A stretch of DNA of 64,000 bases from Octopus sinensis (taxonomy: Eukaryota). Each line of letters starts with the position of its first letter. The stretch's first letter is position 1. The DNA lies in the NCBI RefSeq assembly GCF_006345805.1, contig NC_043007.1:992001-1056000 (forward strand). Direction: 5' to 3'. Shown here piece by piece: positions 36,911-49,030 of this stretch. The position numbers were made by a program, and so were the translations under genes. Under the pieces are notes generated by a model. That model saw only the letters and a program-made list of their open reading frames with translations, did no database searches and was not told the DNA's origin.

Positions 36911-39900
36911 AAAAAAAAATGTGTGTGTGTGTGTATACATATGTATGTATATATGTGTTTGTGTGTCTGTTCCCCTCCTCCACGCTGGTTTGTTTAACTT
37001 AGCACCAGACTTTAAAAAAAGGGAAAAAGGTATTGCGGTCCATTTGTCTGAGTGAAAACCCCTCAAGGCATCCCCCTCCCCTGCACATTGGTAATTTAAG
37101 GACTGAAACAAGTAGAAGATAAAAGATACGATTCTATAAGGAATATCTTCATTTAATGGAACAGCCATTGGACTGAAAGATCAGGCATGAAGACAAACAA
37201 ATGGAAAGAGAATGGATTTTATCTTTTACTCCTGAACCCTCGAAATCCCTTGCAGTCACATTTTTGTTAAAGGTTCGATAATATTTCTCTACACTATCTC
37301 CTTCTCCCTTGACTCCCCCCCACCCCCGTTTTACTAACCAATTTAAGCATTCGTTATTTACCATCACATCACCGGAAATGTTGTTCAGGATGTGACCCAA
37401 ATAGAGAGATACAGTATTGGTTTTGATAGTTATCTATCTATCTAGGGGTTGGGGGTAGGAAGAAGGAAGGTGCAGCGGTGGGAATTAACTATCACAGGAA
37501 CATCCACATGGTTGCTCCAAAACAAATGACATGAGAAAATATTATTTTTTTACCAAAAAAGTCATTCTGTTTCATGTTAAAGCAACAAACGGCAGACCGC
37601 GTGATTAAAGAGTTTGCTTCCGCAACCATGGGGTTACAGACTCAGTTCCATGAGTGTGGAACCCTTTGGGGTGAATGTGTGTCTTGTAACATAAACCTTG
37701 CGTTGGCCAAAGTCACGTTAGCAAAATTTGGTAGTCAGAAGACTTGTGCAGAAGCATAGCACATCATCATCATCATCATCATCAACATCAGCATTCTACA
37801 TACACTCATCCATGCTTTGTGCCTCAGTGGCCAAGTGGTTACAGTATGACACTTATGATTGTAAGATTGTTGTTTCAATTCTCAGACTGGGCAGGGCATT
37901 GCGTGTTTGGGCAAAAAACTTCATTTCACATTGCTCAGGCCATTCAGCCGTAAATGTGTAATCCTGCAATGGACTGGCACCCTCTTTAGGTGGGAGTGCT
38001 GAGATCTTGGTCATTAATAACTGTGGAAACTAGGTATCTGGATACCCCTTCCTCTTCCTTTTCATATGGCAGCCGGTGTGATGGCAGATTAAGACTTCAC
38101 CAGATGGTGAGACTGATCCCTAAGTGTGTCATCCACCACAATCTGCGCCGGCTGACGTCAGGTTATGTCTCCGTTAGAAAAATTGCTGATTCTGCAGGAC
38201 TGGCCGAACACAATCAGCAATTAACATTCAGGAGTTGATGATGATGTCCATGTTGATATGGGTCAAATAATGGTTTTACTGAGGAGGGGTTTTAGAGCAG
38301 GACACTCTTACTGTCACCAGACCTTTTAGGCATCTTTCACAATGAGCAGGGACGTGATGTACATGCTCTAAAACTGAGATACATCATTTATATCGTAGTT
38401 AAGATAGTTTGCCAACATAACATGGCAGTCCTGGTTTAGACAAATGTTGCTGTAATTCAGCTCCAGGAGACATCATCTCCAGCTGGCTATACGACACCAT
38501 CTGTGACCTTATATATTTTTTTTTTGGACAGTGTAGTGGGTGCTTTTTACATACCACCAGCACAGGTACGAGGAGAAGCTGGCAACAGCCATGAGGCACC
38601 AACCAACTGTGGCCATTGAAAGCCTCTCCTGGCACATAAAAAGCACCAAGTCCACTCTGTTGAGTGGTTGGCGTTAGGAAGGGCATCCAGCTGTAGAAAC
38701 ACTGCCAGATCAGATTGGAGCCTGGTGCAGCCTAGCCTCCTGACTTCCAAGACTCCGGTCGAACCATCCAACCCATGCTAGCATGGAACCACGGATAATA
38801 AACGATGATGATGATCATGATATAAGGGAACAGACATAAGGACACAGATGGTGTTGTATAGCCAGCTGGAGATGATGTCTCCTGGGACTAAATTACAGAA
38901 ACATTCATTCTAAACCAGGACTGCCATGTTATGTTGGCAAACAATCTTTACTCCAAAGTCCTATTGCTGAATATCTCTCGTTGTGAGACTAAAATAAAAA
39001 AAAAAAAATTGTAATTTCCATCATTCATATTTCATGGATAGATATTGATGAGGGAAATGTAAAAACTCCAACAGGTCCCATGCGGTGTTTGTTCTAAACA
39101 ATCTATCACCACTCTCGCTCTTAGCAATGCAACAAACCAGCAACTGGTCCATGGAATGCCAGCAACCAGCGTCACCATTGCTCACTCATCTTCATATGAA
39201 ATATATATATAAGTAAATGAACACAAAAAGATATATATATATACATACATACATACATATATATCTATGTTGCTTACATCTTAATTACTAGTGATGTGAA
39301 CTACTTTCTGAGAATAATATGAGCGTGGAAGTAATTAACGAGATGGGTCATCACAGTAGTTGACAGCAGAGACAGGAACAGTAATTAGAAAGCTTAAAAT
39401 TTTGGAGTCTGTAGCTATTTATTAGCTAAAAAAAAAAAAAAAAAATAATAGTACACACACACACACACACACACATGGACATAGTTGGTGTGAGTGTGTG
39501 GATATACATACATATATATATATATATACACACACAGATATGTATACATACATGCACACACGTGTTTATAGTTTCCAGTGACTCACACCCACTGCTTATA
39601 TATATATATATAAAATGGTAAATGTGAACAAATGTAATTAGCATGACTGTATATAGTAACTTGCGTCTATTAAAACTGACACATATGTGTGTCCGGGGGT
39701 TGATGGATGGGTGCGTGTATATACACACACGCACATATATATATGCTTGGGTGTATATAAATATATAAGTGTGTGCATGCATTATTCGTCCATTTGTTTG
39801 TTTATATTTTCCATGCTGGTAAGGGTTTGGAGGGTGTGTGTGTGCATGTGTGTGTGTGTATGTATGCACAACAGATAGAAATAACCATACATTATACATT

Positions 39901-42480
39901 ATATTATTTATATATATATTTCTAAAACATGTCAATAACAGCATTTATTATTTTACACGCAGTCTCCTTAAATGTGTAGAAATGGAATCAGAAAGTTGTT
40001 GGTTTTTTTTAATGCAAGACATGTGCACCAAAGACGATCATTGACATTAGAAAAAAGAGTGACAAAGTTTAGTGTAGGCTTAACCCACTTTAAACAACTG
40101 GGTAACCGTGTCTGATAATGCCTCCTTATCCACATGCCTCACACATCACAATTGGGTTTTGTTTCATCCATTTACAGCTGGTTTTTAAAACTGACAACCA
40201 TTTCGCAACAATGCTGAAGGTGTGGTCGTGTGTTCAGTCCCACACTAATTCCAGACTGACTAAAGCCTTGTGGGTGAGACTGGTAGAAACTGAGAGAAGC
40301 CTATTAGATATATATATATATATTTCTTTATTACCCACATGGATAGACAAAGAGTTTAAGTCGATTACTTCAACCCCAGTGTGTAACTGGTACTTAATTT
40401 ATCGACCCTGTAAGTAAGATGAAAGGCAAAGTCGACCATGGCAGAATTTGAACTCAGAATGTAACGGCAGATGAAATATCTATTTCTTTAGTACCCACAA
40501 GGGGCTAAACACACAGAGGACAAACAAGGACAGACAAACGGATTAAGTCGATTATATCGACCCCAGTGCGTAACTGGTACTTGTTTTATCGACCCCAAAA
40601 GGATGAAAGGCAAAGTCGACCTTGGCGGAATTTGAACTCAGAACGTAACGGCAGACGAAATACGGCTACACATTTCGCCTGGCTTGCCCTCCCCTCTCCA
40701 CGCCGCCAGTGTTACCCAAGGGAAAGGCAAAGGGGCCGATACAGCTTAGCACTTGTGACGTCACAACTCATTTTTACAGCTGAGTGAACTGGAGCAATGT
40801 AAAATAAAGTGTCTTGCTCAAGAACACAACGCGCAGCCTGGTCCGGGATTGGAACTCACAACTTCACGATCGTAAGCTCAACACTAACCACTGAGCTATG
40901 CACCAAATTAGGGCACAACATGTTCTGAAAATAGGATAGTGCCATGTTAGAGGACAAGAAAGAAACATTTTAAACACACACACACACACACACATACATA
41001 CTTTCTCTGTCTCCACTTCAAACTCTTTTTCTGGTGCATAACTAAGAGAATGAAGTGGCAGAAGGAGAGGGCAGGCTTCAATTTTACAACACTCCTGTTT
41101 AAAGACACAATTGGAGAGAGAGAGAGAGAGAGGGAGAGGCCAAAGACAATCCTTGTAAATATCTGAGTTGTTGTCAACAGGAAAAAAATATCTTGTTTCG
41201 TAAGTTTATAAGTCAGGGATCCTATGATTTGAAAACATTGAAATCCCATCAACAGTTTAAATTCCATACAACTCTGTTAGATGTGAGGCTTGTTTTGAAT
41301 TAATCCTATTTTGTAGCTTGGAGATTTCAGTTGTGTGATTGAGGTAATTGTTTATGTTTAGAACGACATTGTAGAGTGAGTGCGAGAGGCCAGACCTGGC
41401 AGGTTTTAAACATATAAAACAGGGGGAATATTTGGGCCAGATATGCCAGTTTAAATGTTAAAGGTTTAACCCTTTTTTTTTGTTTTGCTTTTAACCAAAT
41501 TTCTCTAGAAAATACAATGCTTTGTTTCAATTAATTTTGGAATTAATGAAGTCATCATCATCATCGTCGTTTAACGTCCGCTTTCCATGCTGGCATGGGT
41601 TGGACAGTTTGACTGAGGACTGGTGAGTCAGAGGCTGTACCAGGTTCCAATCTGATCTGGCAAAGTTTCTACAGCTAATGCCAACCACTCCTAGAGTGCA
41701 GTGGGTGCATTTACATGACACTGGCACAAGGGCCAGTCAGGAGCTTCTGGCAACGACCATGCTCAAAAGGTGTTTTTTTAGGTGCTACCTTGCATGGGAG
41801 CCAGTCCAGCAGCACTGGCAACGACCACACTCGAATGTTGAAGTATTTAATAAAATAACTTAGTCGTTATTAATTTGGTGTTTGAAACATAAATTAACGA
41901 GGAATTTTGATGGACAGTTTTAATTTAGAAAACTTTAAAACAGGGAGTTTCTATCATAGAGCCAAGTCAATCTTAGGCAGGTTGGTATCAAAAGGGTTAA
42001 TATGAAGGTGGGACATCAGCTAAATCCTTTCTGTACCGTATATAACTTCTATCCAAAAGGGCCAGAGCTCAACCCTAGTTTCTATAGTAACAAACAAATC
42101 AGGGATTAAACTTACCTGAATGGAACTGGTATTGGCAACATTAGTACTTTGATGGTGGTGGAGGTGGGGAGTGATAATGGTGGTGGTAGGGGTGTTATTT
42201 GTATTGTGAATGTTCATGTTGCTCCAGGCAAGACCTGATTCATTTGATCCAAGACATTCCAGCTGTGACCACTTTGTCAGACAGGTATAACAAGTTGCTT
42301 ATTTTTAACTCTGACTCTGTCAAAGGCACTAAAACCAGCACAGGAAATGAGTGACCTATGATGCTGCCTCTACTTGTATATTTGGTTATCTCCCTTTACT
42401 TTCTGCATTCACATCTGACAGAGTTGAACTTTGATTTTCTTCCAAGGTTCATAAAGAACCAATCAAAACACTGGATAATA

Positions 42481-42665
42481 CAGTTCTATATTTAAGAGAT
42501 GAGGAATTATTTACATTATTTATATTTGACAAATATTTGTCCCCCATCTTGTTTGTTCTTAACACAACATTTCAGCTGATATACCCTCCAGCCTTCATCA
42601 GGTGTCTTGGAGAAATTTTGAACCTGGGTTCTCATTCCTAAGGTATTTTTTTATATTATTATTAT
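42481..42665 (-). mobile_element. Hammerhead SINE body (headless copy)
   Basis: Aligns to 53880-54070; motif at 42561-42606. Confidence 0.75.
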
Positions 42666-42883
42666 CATTACTGGAGTTGATATAATTAACTAAATTAATA
42701 AAATACTGGAGTTGATATAATTAACTAAAACTCTTAATAGGTGCCCCAGCATGGCCTCAGCATCAAATTAATTAGTTGTTTGTATTTTATCCGCATCACT
42801 GATGACACTTATAAATGAATTAACATTACATGTCAGTAATCAAGCAAAGATGGGATGACCATATACTTACTTGATTAGGACTG

Positions 42884-43098
42884 ACATTATTTACATTTGA
42901 TAGATATTTGCCCTCATCTTGTTTGTTGTTAACATATTTTGGCTGATATACCCTCCAGTCTCCTTCAGGTGGCTTGGAGAAATTTCGAACCTGGGTCTCA
43001 TTCTTATGGTATTTTTCGATATTATTATTATTCAGGTCACTGCCTAGAATCGAACTTGGAATCTTGGGGTTACTAGCCCACGCTCTAAAGCACTATGT
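42884..43098 (-). mobile_element. Hammerhead SINE with tRNA head (decayed core)
   Basis: Head at ~43035-43098; body aligns to the 53.9-kb copy. Confidence 0.75.
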
Positions 43099-43206
43099 CA
43101 CTTTCACTCTTTACACAGATGGAACTATTGCATGCTGGTAATGAAAATCAATGTTTTTTTTTAATTACTAATAAAAAGTTACAAGCATTCAAAATGATGT
43201 ATTTTT

Positions 43207-43269
43207 GGCCAATCAGAAGCCTCAATTGCTGACATAGTGAAAGTCACAACCGTTTGTCTCCATGGTAAC
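43207..43269. promoter_or_regulatory. Candidate CCAAT box + RFX X-box module
   Basis: GGCCAATCAG 43207-43216 and GTCTCCATGGTAAC 43256-43269 (fits GTHNYYATRRNAAC) in non-repeat sequence. Confidence 0.3.
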
Positions 43270-43790
43270 AAGGTAGTAAATAATATGTAATACACCAGGA
43301 AGAAAAGGTCAGTCACTCAAACTACTAGAAATAGCAGCAAAATCTTCCTTAAGCTCTGCCATCATCATCACCATTTAATGTCCACCTTCCATGCTAGCAT
43401 GGGAGAGACAGTTTGACAAGAGCCAGCCAGGCAGAAGCCTGCACCAGACTTCTGTGACAGTTTTGGCAGGACTTTTACAGCTGGATGCCCTTCCAAACAC
43501 CAACCACTCAGCAGAGTGGACAGAGTGCTTTTTGCATGGCTTCAACACAGGTGAGGTCAGTTTTAATAAGGTTTTTACAGCTGGATGCCCTTCTGAGCAC
43601 CAACCATTTTACCGTGTGGATAGGGTGCTTTTAAGTGGCACCTGCACTGACAGGGTCACCAAGTACCTTGCAAGACAAAAAAATCTCCTTTGAGAGGGGA
43701 GGGGGCATTGGAGGAGGGGATCTTGTGTCAGATGATGAAAGGTTAGAGTGAGACAGGTGTCTTACTGTAGAGGAGGTACAAGGTTACCTT

Positions 43791-43832
<42 letters not shown>

Positions 43833-44450
43833 AGAGAGATCATATTTAAAAATTGAAATGGACACCACATTGTTTTACAGCATTTCCCTGTTTGAGGCAG
43901 AGGTCATTTGTCACCATGTTGATGATGATGATGATGTTGATCTTGAGTATTACCATAGCACAAAGTAAAATCTCACGCACGACCTATCTATAATTGGATC
44001 GAAATCTGATTGTAATCTTGTTCCACTCCTAGAAATCTCGCGGTACCTCAATACTTAACCTTAAAAGGTAAAAAGCATTCCTAACCTCTTAAAAATTATT
44101 GAACCATGTCAGGTATGCTGGTTATGTGATTTGACAACTTTCAACCTAAAAATAGATCTTAACAGTGAAGTGGACATTGACATATTTGAAAGGTAGAAAA
44201 CCCCGAAAAAAAACAACAAAAAGAATTAAAATATACCTTTAATAATAGTTTTTAATTTAGGTACAACATCAGTAATTTTGAGTGTTGAAGGTTTAATCAA
44301 AAGCCTTGACCCTAGTACAGTTTTAGCTGGTCATGATTAAGTGATCTGCAAGCAAATTGGCTCCTTAAAAGACTAACCCAATGAGGACACTGTGAAAGTA
44401 ACCAAGAGGATTTTAAAAATACAAAAAACTGTCAAATGGTGGATGAACTC

Positions 44451-45048
44451 TTAAACCCTTTCGTTACCAACCTGGCTGAAACCACCTCTGGCTCTGAGTA
44501 CAAATGCCTTGTTATCATAAGTTTTTAATTAAAATCTTCTACCAAACCTTAGTCACAATTTATGTTCCTAACACTAGCTTAATGATAACTAAGTTATTTT
44601 ACTAAATTCTTTGTTATATTTAGAATTAATTGCAAGAAACACAGAGCATCTCAAACAGAAATATGGTAACAAAAGGGTTAAGAAGAAGAATAATCAGCAG
44701 AAGACATAAGAGGAGACTTCGGTGTGGTCACTGTTTATGCTAGAAATAATAGCCTAAGTTTCCTTCAATCCACACCCTTCCAATTGCTTTTAATGTGCAT
44801 CTGTCCAAATGTAGAGGTGTGTTTAACTCTTTTGATACCAACCCGGCTGAAACCGCCTCTGGCTCTGTAAGTACAAATGTCTTGTTTTCAAAAGTTCTGA
44901 ATTAAAATCTTCCACCAAACCTTAGTCACAATTTATGTTCCTAACACTAGCTTAATGATAACTAAGTTATTTTACTAAATTCTTTATTATATTTAAATTG
45001 AAAGAAACCCAGAGCATCTCAAAATAAATACAGTAACGAAAGGGTTAA
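44451..45048. mobile_element. MITE-spacer-MITE composite (second copy)
   Basis: Inverted relative to 6773-7311 with an identical ...caaaagagttaa|acacacctcta junction. Confidence 0.75.
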
Positions 45049-48000
45049 ACCTTTTGTTAGATTTCAGCTGAAATACATAAAACAACCCTTATTTCACAGG
45101 TGACTGCCATTGCAGCCGTCACCATTTCTTCTTGTTTTCAGCTTCAGAGGCAGAGAGAAATAGGGTTTGGTAAAAAATTGAAAAGGGGGTGAAACTTCCC
45201 TCAAGGGGAGAGAATCACTGAGACAGAGATCTTATTTTTTTTATAATTCATTCATTCATTCATTTATTTATCTATTTTTTGATGTTTTGGTTGTCCTAAA
45301 AGCTGCAAGTAGATACAGATAAATTTATTTCACCCTTAAATTTGGGGCTTGTCAATATAAAAGCTACAGGGTCATTAATTAATTTTTAAGATAATGAACA
45401 ATTTAGCAAAATAACTCATTATTAAGCTCATTATTTGAACTCAAAATGTAGAGACGACATTTTATCGGTCTTTATGTTCTGAGATCAAATCCTGCTGAGG
45501 TCAACTTTGCATTTCATCCTTGCGGAGTCAATAAATTAAGGACCAGTTGAGTACTGGAGTTGATATAAATTGACTGTACTTCTTCCCCTAGAATTTCAGG
45601 CCTTGTGCCTATAATAGAAAGGATTATGTAGAGATGCTGAGGGTGGTGGATTGAGAGAACCATTACAGCATTGGACAAAATGTCTTGCAGTATTTGTACC
45701 AGCACTTTGCATTCAGAGTTCAAATCCCGCTGAGGTCAACTTTGCTTTTCGTCCTTTCGGGGCCAATAAAGTAAGAACCAGACTAGTCAAGTACTGGTGT
45801 GTTTACGTCCCCATAACTTAGCAGTTCGGCAAAAGAGACCAATGGAATAAGTACTAGGCTTACAAAGAATAAGTCCTGGGGTCGATTTGCTCGACTAAAG
45901 GCGGTGCTCCAGCATGGCCACAGTCAAAATGACTGAAATAAATTAAAAGAATAAAAGAAAAAAAAAGAAAGAACAGGCAAAATGTCGCTAAGAATTTTTG
46001 CCCAGTGTGCCAACGCTTCTGCCAGCTCGCTGCCTTAAGAAAAATCAATATTAAAAAACAGTCACCGATATTGGTAGGATCTAACAGAACAGATCAATAA
46101 TCAATGAGAAAATTATTTTGAATTTTGAAAACAGCAATGTTGTTATTATTATTATTATTATTATTATTAATGATTTCTTTTCCAGCCACAGGGGCATCAG
46201 AGGGTGTGTGGGGGCATTACAAAGATGGGTTACAATTTGTGAAGGGGTTTACAGAAAATTAGGTAAAAAAAAGAAAAAACAAATTAATTATAATGGTTTC
46301 TCATACAGGCACAAGGCCAAATTTTGAGGGGAGGGTGTCCAGTTGATTGCATTGACCCTAGTAGTTGACTGGTACCTTACTGTAATGACACTGACAGTAG
46401 TAGTAGTAATAATAATCCTTTCTACTATAGGCACAAGGCCTGAAATTTGGGGGGAGGAGGACAGTAGATTAGATCGACACCCGTATGCAACTGGTACTTA
46501 ATTTATCGCCCCCTCCACCCCACCCAAAGGATGAAAGGCAAAGTTCACCTTGGTGGAATTTGAACTTAAATGCAGTGGCTGATGAATTACCTATTTCTAT
46601 TTCTTTACTACCCACAAGGGGCTAAACACAGAGAGGACAAACAAGGACAGACAAACGGATTAAGTCGATTACATCGACCCCAGTGCGTAACTGGTACTTA
46701 ATTTATCGACCCCGAAAGGATGAAAGGCAAAGTCGACTTCAGCGGAATTTGAACTCAGAATGTAGCGGCATATGAAATACCGCTAAGCATTTCACCCGGC
46801 GTGCTAATGATTCTGCCAGCTCACCACCTTACTAATAATAATCTTTTTATTTTCTACAGGGTCATTGGATGAAAGGGTCAGTACAAAGACAAAGTACGAG
46901 GGAGGGGCTACATGGAAATGGAAAGAAAGGAAAATAACAAATCAAAATAATTCATTGGGGAGAGTCTTTAAAAAATTACATTTTCACACTGGAAAAATTT
47001 AACATTTTTGTTTAAAAAGCACCAAAAGAACAAATTTTTCCTCTTTTCATTGAAACGGGGGAAAATAACTGATAAAAAAAAAATGAAACAACAATAATTA
47101 CAAAATAGAAAGCAAACCAATTTTATTTTCAATGATGCTTCAAGTTATGCTTCCATCAATTAAGAATAGTAATTATTTGTCTGTGGTGAATATTACACAG
47201 ATGCAACCATTCATAGACTGAAATTCCTCAAAAATATACTCAGAAATATTAAAAATAAGTAAAACAAAATACAAAATAATTCTGTTTTATTTATTTATTT
47301 ATTTATTGCTTTTTCGTGGTATCTCACTAACGAATGAAAGAACTTGTTAGAATAATGAAAAGCATCTTTATTATATAATTTTAATAGCGAAAGAAATTTC
47401 TGGAGGAGAATCTCTAAATTATTGGAATTTTCTATTTTTAAGAAATTATAGTCTTTTCTAAAGAAAAATGTTAATTGCGTGTGAGAGCTACACCGTTAAA
47501 ACGAAGAATCTTAAGAATGGTGAAGAAACTGCAAGAAGGAAAAATATCAATTCTAAATAAGAATTGGCTTGGATGAGGTTGGGTGAAGGGTATGAGAGGA
47601 ATGACATGGAAGGAGAGATTTTGGTGTAGTTCTTGAACAATACCAAAATATTCTGTGGCAGATCTGAAGGAAAATTTGAACTTTTTGATATCAATCCATC
47701 TGTGACCACCCTACTCTTTTACTTGTTTCATTCATTTGACTGTGGCCATTATGGAGCACTGCCTTTAGTCGAGAAATCGACTCCAGGACTTATTCTTTGT
47801 AAGCCAAATACTTATTCTATCAGTTTCTTTTGCCGAACTACTAAGTTATGTAAACACACCACCATCAGTTGTCAAGTGATGTTGGGGGGACAAACACAGA
47901 CACAGTTTGTCCCCCTCCCCCACATCACTGCTTGACAACTAGTGCTTATGTGTTTACATCCCTGTAACTTAGCAGTTCGGCAAAAGACACTGATAGAATA

Positions 48001-48984
48001 AGTACTAGGCTTAAAAAAAATAAGTCCTAGAGTCGACTTATTCGACTAAAACCCCTTCAAGGCAGTGTAGTGGTGCTCCAGCATGGCTGCAGTCAAATGA
48101 CTGAAACAAGTAAAAGAATTTAAATTTAAAAATAAAAAATTTTTAATCTATGCAGATGCATCATTGGGCCCCCCCCCACCACCACCACCACCACAGCTCC
48201 TTTATTCCAAAGGACCCACAGAATATTTTCAACTGCCTGACTCTCGTGGAGATGGGGATTATGGTACCGCCTGCTGTTTTAGCCAAAAATAAGTGTATAT
48301 GACTGTGCAGAGAGAATGCCATACTGCGAAAAATGGTAAAGAATGTCTACAGAGGGACAGTTTGGTTTAAAATATACAGTGTACAGGAGATGGCACCAAA
48401 CAAAGAATAAGAAGGATAGACAGATAAGAAACCAGAAATTAAATCACCTGCATAAAAGACTCTTTGAGGCCATTTCTGTAGAAGTATGGAGTCTTTAATA
48501 ATGAATCTAAGAACACATTTTTTAAAATGGTTTTTTAAACACATTGCCATGTGCTTCGCTAAAGATGAGAATTTTTTCAGCTTCACCACTGATGACAAGC
48601 AGAGAAGCGGTAATTGTGAAGAACTGGCGCTAAAAATGAAGTGGGTACTGACCCAGTTCCCAGATTTGGTTAAGTTTTTTTCTTTTTCTTTTTTGGTTTT
48701 TCTTAAGAGAGAATGATGATGAAAGACGACTAGTCAGAAGGTTATTTTGCTTTTTCTTTCTTTCATTCATTTCCACTCCTGCACAACTGCGCACACACAC
48801 ACACACACACACACAGCTCGTTAGATAATTAGTGTTGGTACTTCCTCCAACAAAGTGAACATTTAGAATAACTTAATTGAAAGTGTTTGAGTTGAACTGA
48901 GCAGGAAAAGAAATCAAGCAAGCTACACACACACACACACACAGGCGTATATACACAGACAGTTTTACACATACACACACATAT

Positions 48985-49030
<46 letters not shown>

